This document shows, one piece after another, positions 50,311 through 59,978 of a stretch of DNA of 64,000 bases. Location: assembly GCA_951406725.2 (NCBI GenBank), contig OX597814.1, positions 86,490,001 through 86,554,000 of the forward strand, in the 5' to 3' direction. The position numbers and the translations under genes are program-made. This DNA is from Octopus vulgaris (taxonomy: Eukaryota). A model generated the notes under the pieces. That model worked only from the letters and a program-made list of their open reading frames with translations, was not told where the DNA came from and made no database searches. Within the stretch, counting starts at the first letter, position 1, and each line of letters starts with the position of its first letter.

Positions 50311-50544
50311 TTTCCTGTTATGTATATATTTTATTATTTGATTTCTAGTGATGAAGATGCCAAATTTGCAGAAGCTGCCATATCATATGATGCTATCAAA
50401 CTGAAGGATCAACTTCTGTCAGCATTTGATGCATCAATACAAAAAGCTGGAGAATCACTACCAAAAGTGGAGGACAATACTTGCAATGATTCCAAAACAA
50501 AACAAAAGAAAAAGAAAAAGAAAGTGAAAAAGGGGAAAGACTGA
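1479..50544 (+). CDS. CUSTOS: CUSTOS / C12orf43 orthologue, six coding exons: join(1479..1698,42461..42509,44182..44277,48225..48286,49705..49822,50349..50544), 246 aa
   Basis: Exon lengths 220+49+96+62+118+196=741 nt, with phases 1,2,2,1,2 all compatible and GT/AG ends. The spliced protein carries, in the order I recall for vertebrate CUSTOS, the motifs SSSSDEE..RLREAAIS, QPSLR, LQTTPSFQKHVAKKLSQILD, GIKLLSTS, SSSS..DEDAKFAEAAIS and a Lys-rich C-terminal NLS-like tail. Family assignment is from motif recognition, not a search. Confidence 0.9.
1750..2270. promoter_or_regulatory. CpG-retaining promoter-proximal motif cluster (YY1-like, CRE, ETS-like)
   Basis: aatatggcg (~1791), cacttcc (~1855), gccatgccgcc, tgacgtca (~1902), a cgcgtgcggcgcg CpG run and gctgccatgttg (~1975), all within 500 bp after exon 1 in an otherwise CpG-poor window. 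Confidence 0.5.
2600..4350 (-). mobile_element. Highly decayed non-LTR retrotransposon RT remnant (possibly R4/Dong-like)
   Basis: Minus-strand fragments such as IPEQRALKK...QQL, MVYLDLQ and ENMKYL resemble RT motifs; many stops and frameshifts. Confidence 0.35.
7019..7080. repeat. Short tandem repeat: (cagtgtagacatctga cagtgtagattctga) x2
   Basis: Four alternating 16/15-bp units are directly visible. Confidence 0.85.
7724..8322 (-). mobile_element. Internally deleted Tc1/mariner DNA transposon
   Basis: Imperfect TIRs gggtggccacaaagtcatgcac and gtgcatgactttatggtcaccc. The minus strand gives frameshifted DDD-domain motifs FQDGAPLHY and PIEWAP.SPDLTPIDVF. Confidence 0.85.
9192..9403. mobile_element. 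piggyBac-type MITE (TTAA-flanked); related copy at ~56780-57000
   Basis: ttaa|ccttcttgcatt ... aatgctaaaggg|ttaa; the internal sequence recurs near 56790-57000. Confidence 0.65.
10733..11250. mobile_element. Interspersed repeat, probably a non-autonomous DNA transposon; partial second copy at ~36690-36875
   Basis: Clear similarity between the two loci (gaagttatttc.tgttaaagttgtattt.ggtaatttcaacc.atcaatgac.tgtattc.gttgaa). Class inferred. Confidence 0.55.
12318..12650 (+). mobile_element. Helentron-associated non-autonomous element (HINE/DINE-1-like)
   Basis: 5' subterminal acctccgcc, 3' stem-loop acctccacctta...taagcagaggt followed by an A-run, and a core with diverged internal repeats: the architecture of HINEs. 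Confidence 0.6.
13493..14061. mobile_element. MITE with ~22-bp TIRs and an 8-bp target-site duplication
   Basis: TIRs gaatcttttgtttggctgcac and gtggcagccaaacagaaaagattc; tgtgaagg occurs at both 13485-13492 and 14062-14069. Confidence 0.85.
16390..16700 (-). mobile_element. Decayed CR1/L2/Jockey-group LINE ORF2 C-terminal remnant
   Basis: Minus strand reads ILDHIQNKVKS and ..CFFSTSSIT../..FYHY.CSSEL-like pieces resembling post-RT LINE motifs; frameshifted. Confidence 0.4.
20100..20990. repeat. Pyrimidine-rich low-complexity tract with (CT)n microsatellites
   Basis: Long C/T-biased stretch with several (ct)n runs. Confidence 0.8.
22491..22562. repeat. Perfect 72-bp palindrome centred on (TA)8
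   Basis: atgtttacttaaggttttctaacgtcag-(ta)8-ctgacgttagaaaaccttaagtaaacat. Confidence 0.95.
27078..27160 (+). tRNA. tRNA-Leu(TAA)-derived sequence, probably a pseudogene
   Basis: 83 nt: A box tggccgagtgg, anticodon arm ttgga-cttaagt-tccaa, variable arm ggac-atct-gtcc, T arm gtggg-tttgaac-cccac. The T loop has TTTG instead of TTCG, and the first two acceptor-stem pairs are mismatched (catacga/tcgtgct). Confidence 0.8.
30579..30830 (+). mobile_element. tRNA-derived SINE with CORE/V-like central domain
   Basis: A box gtggcttagtgg, B-box-like gtttcaattc, and the gtgttcttgagcaaaacactt motif; related to 59453-59752. Confidence 0.7.
31650..34700 (+). mobile_element. Decayed R4/Dong-clade non-LTR retrotransposon (RT plus restriction-like endonuclease)
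   Basis: Fragments EEQAGEKQGAWGYAEQ.INKAV, LLTVWL, CKYLGIDEN, IWKSELS, VDNVTHISS, RHDIAA, WWNIPTKTA..KHNSPSIVV and VVEISCP occur in the order expected for RT, Zn-knuckle, RHD and PD-(D/E)xK regions; many stops. Confidence 0.8.
33707..33920. mobile_element. MITE inserted in the R4-like element
   Basis: Imperfect TIRs gtgctatttttgcgtgtgatctacaagggagattacttt and aaagtaatctccctttaaattgtagatcacgtgccaaagtggcac interrupt the LINE reading frame (ISLN|VFAM). Confidence 0.75.
35086..35272. mobile_element. piggyBac-type MITE, perfect 14-bp TIRs, TTAA TSD
   Basis: ttaa|ccctttgcctgtcc ... ggacaggcaaaggg|ttaa. Confidence 0.92.
35660..36495 (+). mobile_element. 5'-truncated L1/Tx1-type LINE 3' end (CCHC zinc-binding region plus 3' UTR)
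   Basis: SLAWQCYRGALPVQDKL..SPVCARCEQ...LHAIVQCP motif, one internal stop, T-rich UTR, terminal aataaa. Confidence 0.8.
36940..37128 (-). mobile_element. tRNA-derived SINE (second family); longer copy at 62760-63053
   Basis: Minus strand: ggaggcacatggcctagtggttagag (A box) ... gggttcgaatctc (B box); the body is shared with 62880-63053. Confidence 0.8.
37391..37792 (+). mobile_element. Full-length copy of the dominant tRNA-derived SINE
   Basis: tRNA-like head, ccttgggcaagtgtcttctactatagc-type core, internal (TA)n(TG)n, tail ggcggtgctccagcatgg...gaaacaagtaaaagag; more than ten full or partial copies in the window. Confidence 0.9.
41748..42106 (-). mobile_element. Dominant tRNA-derived SINE, minus orientation
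   Basis: Reverse complement of the 37391-37792 family. Confidence 0.88.
42461..42509 (+). CDS. CUSTOS: CUSTOS coding exon 2 (THNQNNNGQAKQPSLR)
   Basis: Acceptor tattttgtag|, donor taag|gtatga; 49 nt, phase 1 to 2; encodes the QPSLR motif. Confidence 0.85.
43553..44107. mobile_element. Non-autonomous interspersed repeat sitting within a (TAA)n tract
   Basis: (taa)n on both sides (43521-43552 and 44108-44127); part of the body recurs inverted at ~27850-28010. Confidence 0.65.
44182..44277 (+). CDS. CUSTOS: CUSTOS coding exon 3 (GNQSDQTDYNQLQTTPSFQKHVAKKLSQILD)
   Basis: Acceptor ttacttttcag|, donor ca|gtgagt; 96 nt; LQTTPxFxxHVAKKL signature. Confidence 0.92.
44932..45368 (+). mobile_element. 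Dominant tRNA-derived SINE, full length
   Basis: Same family as 37391-37792, with head, core, microsatellite and tail intact. Confidence 0.92.
45657..46070 (-). mobile_element. Dominant tRNA-derived SINE, full length, inverted relative to 44932-45368
   Basis: Reverse-complement copy about 290 bp from the preceding one. Confidence 0.92.
46113..46322 (-). mobile_element. Penelope-like pLTR fragment in (TA)n with a minimal hammerhead-like motif
   Basis: Flanked by (ta)n; minus strand 46251-46219 reads ttt-ccgacga-a-gagc-tcc-gctc-gaaa-cat-ta-aa. Confidence 0.55.
46880..47401. mobile_element. Long imperfect inverted repeat (~200-bp arms) with a central hammerhead-like motif; Penelope-like
   Basis: Arm 46880-47088 is the approximate reverse complement of 47201-47401; ctgaaga at 47100 and gaaacagctgtcgg at 47201. 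Confidence 0.7.
48225..48286 (+). CDS. CUSTOS: CUSTOS coding exon 4 (QELEFSECYSATDDLHTLSDSG)
   Basis: Acceptor ttctctcatcag|, donor cag|gtaatt; 62 nt supplies the needed phase 2 to 1 bridge and rebuilds the conserved Gly before IKLL. Confidence 0.8.
48742..49128 (-). mobile_element. Dominant tRNA-derived SINE, full length, minus orientation
   Basis: Reverse complement of the 37391-37792 family. Confidence 0.9.
49705..49822 (+). CDS. CUSTOS: CUSTOS coding exon 5 (GIKLLSTSKDYVNLNEAISVKKRPLKKSHDRSSSSNTDS)
   Basis: Strong polypyrimidine acceptor ttttttcattttctcag|, donor cag|gtatct; 118 nt, open frame. Confidence 0.88.
50349..50544 (+). CDS. CUSTOS: CUSTOS last coding exon (SDEDAKFAEAAISYDAIK...KQKKKKKKVKKGKD*)
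   Basis: Acceptor gatttctag|; second EAAIS motif, poly-Lys tail, TGA at 50542-50544. Confidence 0.9.
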
Positions 50545-50659
50545 CAGAAAATATTGCCATGCTGAAATCCACAATGGTGTAAGATGTTTATATACTTGAA
50601 CAATCTGCAATAATTTCTAATGTGATATTTTTATACATCTATGTACAATGTCAAAGAGG

Positions 50660-50665
50660 AATAAA
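50660..50665 (+). promoter_or_regulatory. Candidate polyadenylation signal (AATAAA) of CUSTOS
   Basis: First AATAAA after the stop, ~115 nt downstream. Confidence 0.5.
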
Positions 50666-51999
50666 ATTCCCAACATTTACACACAAAATTGTTATTATGA
50701 AGTTGGTAATAGGGAGGTAAAGCATCGGTAAGCTGCCTTGTCGTTTTCAATCATGTCAGTTTATGTTCTGAGTACAAATTTTGTCAGGGTAGGACTATTA
50801 CCCAATTTGAAGTTTTTTTCAATTGCAATAAAACAGTGTTTTCTCTACCTTTGGTATTCAAGTACTATTTTCTCCACCTTGTTTTGTACCCGTGTGCTCA
50901 TTTATGTATGTGTATGTGTATTGTATATATACATATATACTCACACACAATATAAATACAATGTGAACAATATATTTATGCATATATCATTCAACTACAG
51001 TTCTTAATGTAGTTTTTTTGTTGCAGTCGGCGTCTTCCAAGCAGTCTCACTAATTCAGTTTTAATCGAAATCAAATTTAGTTTTTTGAATTATGCTTGAC
51101 TAGTGATAAGCTACATTTAGACATAAAATACTTAAAATCTGGTGCTGTTGAACAAAAGTTAAGAGAGAAAACGTATAGCCCAAATTGGTTGACTGGCGGG
51201 TAGTAACGCCCGACATCGACACTTTGAATCCACATCATTCTTTTAATTTTGAGTAAGAATTATTATATTGATATTAATATGAAAGAGAAACGTTAAAGGA
51301 ATATATTGGTAAAGGTTTCGTAAAATTTTATCCATTAGAAAAAAGGGTATTTAATTTTAATTCTCAAATTTTAATCAATTTTTGCGTGATATTAAAGGGA
51401 CACTACTTATATATGAAACTAACCTATTTCTTAGACGCACACACAACAGAAGATAAAAGAACACAAATCGATACAAAGAGTTCTAATATTTATTTTCATT
51501 AGTCTAAATTATTTTTTATAAAAAATGAAATTATTTTTAATAAAAAATGACATTTTTTTCGTAACTTTTTTGGAGTATGGCTTTTTAAAGTCCATTATTG
51601 AATAAATTATTTTAATAACAAGATTATTTAATAAAATATTTTTTAAAAAATTATTTTGTCTCTATGGACAGTACTGAATCATGTAGTAGGGCTGTTCAGA
51701 AAAGGCAAATGACAAAAATTCAAATATTTTAACACTCAATTTTCACTATTTTTAAATTTTCAAACACGGAGTTAATTATTTGTATGTTAAAAATGACTTT
51801 ATTTATTAATTTGATAGTAAATATAATATGATTAAATTTTTTATTGCCTTCACAGTGTTTACTGTTTTATAAAATCAAACTTGAAAACTGGACAAAACAG
51901 AGACACAATTGAAAAAAATTAAAAAGAAAAAAAAGAAAGAAGAAAGAGAAAAAAGGGGAAAAAAACCCCAAAAAACAACAACAAAACAATTCACCACCT

Positions 52000-54900
52000 T
52001 GGGTTAAAAAGTTGGGGGTGATGGGAAACCTTTCTAATGGCTATTGAGACACACCAGAATTTTTGCAGTGTTATCACGTTTGATGGTAGGGCTGATGCGC
52101 TGGGGATGTTTGCCCAGTCCAAGCTCCTCTTAAGTATCAGGTTCAGCTCCGTATGACACATGAAGCAACCAGCATTCAGGTGGCAAGAAAGGCCATGGAG
52201 GCTTGTGAAGTCGAGGAGCTGTCACAATGACAAAATCAAACCCATGCAAATGTCAGCTCTCACTCTGAGGGCAATGAAGACATGAAGTTTGTCAAAGCTG
52301 AGTAGGCCACCAACATTAGCCACAGGGATGGCATCAATCCAGCCACCTGAGTATTTGGCGCTAGCAGACAGTAAGTGGTAGCTTGAAAACTGGTCCAACT
52401 GGATGAAGAGGGAGTTGAAGGTGGCCTTCGAAATTATGTTGTCCCAAGCTATCTGACACCAACGGTCCTCCACCTTCTCAGGAGCAGACAACCCAATTCC
52501 CTCCAGTGTTGGAGAGCTTCATCCAACTCCTTGTTAGAACTGGTCCATGTTGGAGAGGAGAGGATGTTGCCCACCAGGGTGGAGAAGGCGTGGGTGGAGG
52601 AAAGGAAGCAGGGGAGGGAGACGGACGAACACTTACCAAGACCAAGACCTCCAAATCACTTGGGCAATGCAGCCTGATCGCAGAACGTTGGAAAGAGTCC
52701 GACATTGTCTAAGCATTTGAATCTCTCAAAGATTTGGTTGTCGAAGTGTTGGAGGTACGATAGGAATTGGTAAGATGAGCTGACTCTGAGTAAATACAGA
52801 AGCTTAGTGATCGAGAGGTAATTCCTAGGTATGAAAAAACCTTGATGGGGTTCGATAGCTTCAATATTTTTCAGCAATTGCTCAAGGGCAGCCACCTTCA
52901 ACTGGAAGATGGACTCAAAAGCAAGGTTAGTGACTGGGGCACCTTGAGAGTACCAAGCTGATGGGGGAGGGACTGCGATGGAAGGGAAGGACTCTGCATA
53001 AAGGCTAATAGTTGGTTGATGTTGAGACGTCAGGTGGTTGAGGATCCAGAGCTCACATTTGGAGCTGTTTACTTGGAGATCTCAGCAACCAAACTCCCCA
53101 ACCATCATGTTTGCAATGGTGAGAACCCAGTCCAGAAGTCCTGCCAAACAAGCATTGTTGAGATAGCAGATGTTGAGGTCTAACTCAATGCTCATTTTGG
53201 TGATGTCATCAATGCTCAGAGCAGGCTTGAGTGGGTCGCTCTGTTGGACTCCTGAGGTGGAGGTGACGATTTGGTCAGCGAAAGAGAGATAGGAGGGCTC
53301 CTAATAAGCCTGCCATGCAAGGCAGTAGAGTTGTGGGACTCTCTCTCTTACTGAGCTGAGGAGAGCATCACGGCTAATGGAATTGAAGGCATTCTTAAGG
53401 TCAAGTTTGAGGATGACCTTGGATGACAAGGAGGGCAAGTTGGCATAGGCTCTGGTAGCGTAGGCAGCAGTTTCACATCCCAATTTAGTGCCCACTCCTA
53501 GCTGGGTGGGGGAAAATCCCTCCTCCAATAAGCTAGAGACTGATTGTAAGCACACCTTTGCAGTGAGATGGCGAAGGGTGCAGCCAACTGCAATGGGGCA
53601 CAGGTCTCCATTGGAGTTGGTGAACCCAAATAAATTTGCACTGAAGAATAATGGGCAGATATAAGGGAGGACGTTTGCTGAAGAGAACTGGTTCGGAAAT
53701 TGAGTCAAATTCTACAAGAGCTCAAGTCTGGCGTTACCGGCCGGTAAGGAGATACTGTCTTTGAAGTGTTGAAGCTGAAGGCCATCAATTCCCGCACCTG
53801 AACCAGCAGGGAAGGATGAGATCGCCTTTCTGATGTTATCAGAGGTGAAGACCACTCTCAAGTATTCAGGGGGATCAAGTCAGTTTAGTTGATTATCAGA
53901 GGGTGCCGATGAGTGCTTCTCTTTCAAACGTCTAAGATACTCAGAGTCACACAGAGCCAGGGAGGAGATGGACAACACCTTTTATATCAAATTGACTGTG
54001 CACTTAAGGTTTATCAATTGCCTATCGCTAGGCACTGTGCTTGATGTCAAATTGAGGTGAGAAGTGGTCAGAGTGGACTCAAATAGCTGGAACTGCCACT
54101 TGAGTGAGGATGTAAAGGGGCTTGACTTCACATCATGCATGTGGAGAGAGATGCGGAGGAACAGAAGCAGTTTCTGCCAGTCGGACACATTGATGGATAA
54201 ACATACATTTTTCAACAAGCTGGAGAGCACATGAGCAAAGTTATTCTGATCTCCCGTAGGGATCTTGTTAATGATCTTCGATTTAGATAAACCCTGGAGG
54301 GCTGCAGCAAAGTCCTCAGTAGAAATCTGGTTGTTGAAGTGTGAGGCATCTTCACGGAGTGTGTTGGAGCTGAAGTAGCACTGACTGTGAGTCTAGTATG
54401 GAATACTTTTGGTTTGTGCCTTGGTGATGTGGACACAACTCCTGTGGTAATTCTGGGGACACAAGTGACAATTAATTGTCTTTAAGTAACGGCTAGTGCA
54501 AGCACAGTCAGGTGGTGAGCTAGCATCAGCTGAGAGTGGAGGGCTAGCTTTGGAACTCAACCAAGGGAGTGCAGCATTGGTTCCGAAGGTGGGACTAGAA
54601 TAGAGGTTGGGTGGTGTGGGGGAGGGTTAGAAGTTGTAGGAGTGGTGGGGTTGGCAGGGTTAATTCCATTTCCATTGGTGGGGCTGGAACAAAGGCCAGG
54701 TGAAAGTTGTAGGAGTGATGGGGTTGGTAGGGTTAATTCCGTTCAGAACCCATGATGGAGCGAGGTTAACTTCTCTCAAGTGTACTGAAATTGGTGGAGA
54801 ATGAGAGGTCAGAGGTTGATCTATTGTCACACAGTCGCTCCACCAGGCAGGTCTCTTGGTTGTTCAATGCATGCCTCCGCCACCAAGAATGGATGGGTTA

Positions 54901-55078
54901 AAGTGGTGGCAACCCTACCAATCGTCAGTCATTGACGATTGGGAGATAAAGAGCAATGAATATACAAGAATGGTGGTGATGGAAAGAGGGAGAGAAGAAA
55001 AGACAAGAAAAGTGACAAAACTTTACAGAGCGCTATCAAAAAAGTTTAAAGAGTCATGCACATGCGACTATCTGTGGT
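52000..55078 (-). mobile_element. Decayed CRE-clade non-LTR retrotransposon
   Basis: Minus-strand motifs SFPAGSGAGIDGLQLQHFKD, PIAVGCTLRHLTAKV, QLGVGTKLGCE, LKLDLKNAFNSISRD, GVQQSDPL, YLLRVS, SGGWIDAIP and HGLSC..NAGCF.CHTELN match CRE-type RT and C-terminal regions; broken by stops and frameshifts. Confidence 0.82.
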
Positions 55079-55477
55079 TTTGTCTCTATGAGCAGTACTG
55101 AAGTCTGTAGTAGGGCTGTTCAGAAAAGGTAAATGCTACTTGTAATTATATTCTATTCAATAAAATCATTTTATTAAATTTGTCTCCTCATTATTTTTTT
55201 CCATTATTTAAAAAAATTCTTTAAATATATTCATTTGTAACTTTGTCTCTGTACAGCACCAAAATTACAGTACCTACATTATGTCCAGAAAAGGCAAAGT
55301 TGCAATGATTATCATTCGTTTTTAGTTTAATTTCTAAATGAGAATTAGTCAAATTTTAAAAAATCAAAATTTTGTTTGAATTTTCTTGGAAATTTTGGAA
55401 TTCAAAATGACAGCAAAAAATTGTAATTTCATATATTTTTAATTAAAATTTGACTGCAATGCCTGTAAAAACACTGG

Positions 55478-55833
55478 ACTAGCCAATGAAAAATCCTGAT
55501 GCATACTAACTGTATTCTTAGCAATTAAACCTGGAAAAGTAGAGGACAAGAAAAAACTCATTAAAATTAGAGCTTAAAATATTACTAAAATTAAAATTAA
55601 AAAAAATTTTTTATTAATTCATTTAGTACAAAAATAAAATTAAAATATAAAAGGAAAAGTGAAATTAATTGAATTTTAAAAAAAATATGAAAAAATACCT
55701 AAGAGGTACTTTTTAATTTTAATAGCAATATTTTAAGCTCTAATTTTAATGCGTTTTTTCTTGTCCTCTACTTTTCCATGTTTAATTGTTAGGAATATAG
55801 TTAGTATGTGTCTGCATTTTTCATTGGCTAGTA
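55478..55833. mobile_element. Fold-back MITE with ~110-bp imperfect TIRs
   Basis: actagccaatgaaaaat...ggaaaagtagaggacaagaaaaaac.cattaaaattagagcttaaaatatt is mirrored at 55727-55833. Confidence 0.85.
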
Positions 55834-57454
55834 TATGTGTATGTGCATATATACATGCGCGCATGTGTGTGTATTTGTACACACACATAATGTTATAATA
55901 AAAACCACAAGTCTTGTTAAATGCAACTACCCAGGGTTTCTTGGTCAAAAGTATTTCACCATTTTTCAAACTGAGAACAAAACCATTTGTCAGTTACTTT
56001 TTAAGCAGATAATGTTTAAACAAGGGATGCTGCTGATAAGGAAGAAGACAAAAAAAGGAAGATAATCAACGTTACAATAAATTTGGGAATGGTGATGTTT
56101 TTTTTTGCCAATTAACCACATGCACTGTATACTTGGTCTTCACTTCAATTTTATTATTATTATTATTTAAGTGTCCTTTGTCTGAAATCTTTTGTCACAC
56201 CTCCTGTGACCTCTTCAGTGACTCCTTCCCATGTATATCCTTTTGTTCTGTTTTGTTCATAAGATATTAATGGTTTACTATGTGTTTGGTGGCCTATTAC
56301 ACACATACATACATGCATATCATCATTTTTAATTAACATCCTTTTTTTTACTGATATGGGTTGATCAGTTTGATTGCCACCAATGAACCAGCACCTTTGG
56401 CATGGTTTCTACAGTGGGATGCCCTTCGTAATGCCAACCATTTTACAGAGTGTACTGGATGCTTTTTCATGGCACCAGCACTGGTGAGGTTACTAAGTTC
56501 TCACAAGACAAGAACCCCCTCAACTGAGTGGCTTTATAGTATTGGAGATATAAAAATATGATAGGACAGGAGCAGGTGTTTTGTGGTCATTTTATTCTTG
56601 CAAGCAGCTGAATAAAAACAACTAAACTAAATTTTAAATTCCTTTTTCATCACATGTAATCTCATATTGCCATATTACCCTCTTCCTTCAATTTTGACAA
56701 GTGATTACTTGTAGTATTATTGTTAATAGTAGTAGTACTTTTGGTAATGTTAAAATAGCTGTTATTTTTCCTTATAGAGTTTAGCTTTAAGATTATTCTG
56801 TCAAATGTAATGCTTATTTATTCACATTGTTTTGAATTAATCATAAATTAACTTACAGCTTTGAAATTTAAAAGATGTGACTGTTTATTTTTAGAATGAC
56901 ATTGTAAAGGAAGTGTGAAAGGTCAGATCTGGCCAATTTGAACACAAAACTGGCCAGATATTTTGGACGGATATGGCTGGTTTAAATACTAAAGGGTTAA
57001 TGGTGGTTTCCATCTTTACATTTTAATTTAATATTTATGAAATACAAAATTACATTGTGGATCTTTCTATCTGCCTCTTACCTCCCTCTTGCTCCTCACC
57101 ACCTCCTCAATGACTGTTGAGCATGCTTTATCACTTTCTCTTCCCAGGCAACTCATAACCACCCCTTCCTTCAAGCTATATGTATAATATATTTGTAGTC
57201 ATGTGTATATATATGCTTATGTGCATGTATGTGAGATATACATGGTGTATGAGAGAATGCTGAAAAGGTCCTAGTTTTGGGTAAAAGAAAATACAAGAGG
57301 ATCAGTTAATTATGACTTTATTCAACATATTATCTTCTCAGATTCACATACTTATTGGAGCAGTCCTTCTGTTTTTCTAAGTCCTGTAAAAGAATTCAGA
57401 AAGTTGGGATTCCAACCAGGCCTTTTGCATTACCCTTAAAGCCAGGAGCTTTTC

Positions 57455-57650
57455 AGCAGCCCCTCATATATAGAGGTTATGGATTTGGTTCTAGAAATAA
57501 GGGAACAAAGCTGTTGGAGTTCTGTAATGCAAATGACTTTTTATCTGCAACATTAAGTTCAGGGAACCTATCAGCTACTTGATCTCCTATGAATCTAGTG
57601 TGCACACAAGTCAGATTGACTACATTCTCACCAGAAAATAGGAAAGGTAG
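57455..57650 (+). mobile_element. RTE-type LINE apurinic endonuclease fragment
   Basis: GYGFGSRN..GTKLLEFC...SQIDYILTRK motifs. Confidence 0.7.
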
Positions 57651-58105
57651 ATGCTTCTTAAATTATGATGGTGATGATGAATAGCAATAATCATTTACCA
57701 TACCAAATTATCAAATGGGGACATGAAGCCATCAAAACTGAAATTTTTGGTTAGCTAGTACTAAAATAAATAGACATTTAGCAATGAGAAGAATAAATTG
57801 TTCTTCAAAATAAGCGTGAAAGGCACACCCTCTAATAATCCATCAAATAAAAACATGGTTTTGTCATCTTATGAAGTTTCAAAATTGATAATGGGGACAA
57901 GATTTCACATAGTATTAAGGTAAAAAGTAAAGTTTATACTCCTTGTACTTAAAATTGTAACATCTTGAAAGAAGGATTAGAGTTTTAAGCTGTATTACTG
58001 ATATCTTACAATACAATTAAACATAAAATTGCTATATAATAAAATTATAGAAGAATCTTTCATTTCTAGGATACAGTCAACATTTTTTCCTTCCATTACA
58101 AATGC

Positions 58106-58507
58106 AGGCATAGCTGTGTATTAAGGAGTTTGCTTATCAACCACATAAGTTAACAGCTTCACTCCCACTGTGTGGCACCTTGAGCAAGTATCTTCTACTA
58201 TTGCTTGGGGCAACCAAAGCTTTGTGAATTGATTTGGTAGACAGAAACTGAAAGCTTTAAGGTGGCAAGCTGGCAGAAACGTTAGCACGCCGGGCGAAAT
58301 GCTCAGTGGTATTTTGTCTGCCACTATGTTCTGAGTTCAAATTCCGCCGAGGTTGACTTTGCCTTTCATCCTTTCGAGGTCGATTAAATAAGTACCAGTT
58401 ACGCACTGGGGTCAATGTAATCTGTTTGTCTATCCTTGTTTGTCCCCTCTGTGTGTAGCCCCATGTGGGTAGTAAAGAAATAAGAAACTGAAAGCTCATC
58501 ATATATG

Positions 58508-58538
<31 letters not shown>

Positions 58539-58730
58539 GTGTGTCCCACCACCACATGATAACCAATGTTTCTTAACGTTCCCTGTAATTTAGCAGTTCA
58601 ACATAGGAATCTGATAGAATAAGCACTAGGCTTTAAAAAAGGTATTGGGGTCAATTTATTCGGCCAGACCCGTCAAGGTGGTGCCCAGCATGGCTGAAGC
58701 CCAATGACTGAAAGAAGTAAAAGATTAAAA
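58106..58730 (+). mobile_element. Older dominant-family SINE interrupted by a younger SINE at 58257-58482
   Basis: Host head at 58106-58256 and tail to ~58730; the insert is flanked by the 14-bp duplication agaaactgaaagct (58243-58256 and 58483-58496). Confidence 0.85.
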
Positions 58731-59452
58731 AAATATAATGGGTGCGAGCACAGCCATTGCAGGTAATTCTAATTCAATGTGCTCTGTAAGTAATGTTTCA
58801 AAGATACCTTTCAAGAAAATGTTATCATTGTAAATTATCTCCAAAAAGGATAACTACTGAAGAAATATTTAAGTTTATGGATGGATTTTATCATTAAGCA
58901 AAATATTAATTGGAGAAAATGTCTAGGTCTGCATTACAGAAAGATTTTACAAAAACAACAAAACAAAGTCTGCTGTCTGATGGGGAACACTACTATAATG
59001 CACACATATTTGTGAGTTTTAAATAGAATAAAACTGAAAAGAAAAGTAAATTATTATTATTATTATTATTATTAGTTTTCCTTTCAAGTCAAGGTAAATA
59101 GATATTATATGAAAAGGTTTTAAATAGGCTTGGGGAGGTATATAGCTGATTAATTCATTGGTGTTAGCAAGAGTTACCTCCCCTGCAATCTGATCTTAAA
59201 AGACTTAAAAGTTTATTTTTCGTTTTAATCACTTTTACTGTAGGCATGCTAGGACACCACCATAGAGGATTTTAGTCAAGCGACTACACCGCAGGACTTA
59301 TTTTTAAATCCTGGTACTTATTCTATCAGAATCTTTTGCCGAACTGCTAAGTTACTGTGATATAAAAACATCGGTTGTCAAGCAGTGGTGACAGAGAACC
59401 CCCCGCCATGTGTGTGTGTGTGTGTGTATATATGTATATATATAGTGTGTGT

Positions 59453-59752
59453 GAAGGCGCATGGCTCAGCGGTTAGATCGTGGGGTCATGAGGTCGAATC
59501 CCGGACTGGACTGCGTGTTGTGTTGAGCAAGACACTTTATTTCATGTTGCTCCAGTTCACTCAGCTGTAGAAATGAGTTGCGGCGTCACAGGTGCCAAGC
59601 TGTATCTGCTGTTGCCTTTCCCTTCGATAACATAGGTGGCATGGAGAGGGGAGGCCGGTATGCATGGGCGACTGCTGGTCTTCTAAAAACAACCTTGCCT
59701 GGGAGGGTAACTCTCTAGGTGCAATCCCATGGTTAGTCATGACCGAAGGGGG
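59453..59752 (+). mobile_element. tRNA-derived SINE (CORE/V-like domain) inserted into the microsatellite of another SINE
   Basis: A box tggctcagcgg, B box ggtcgaatccc, gtgttgagcaagacacttt motif; flanked by minus-strand pieces of the dominant SINE. Confidence 0.75.
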
Positions 59753-59763
59753 TAGTAGTATAT

Positions 59764-59808
<45 letters not shown>

Positions 59809-59828
59809 TATACGAAATTCTTTCAGAA

Positions 59829-59978
<150 letters not shown>

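Noticed and set aside
55079-55200. Spliced-leader RNA gene at the CRE-flanking repeat
   Set aside because: A donor-like aag|gtaaat is present in only one of three copies, and there is no downstream Sm site or clear SL stem-loops.
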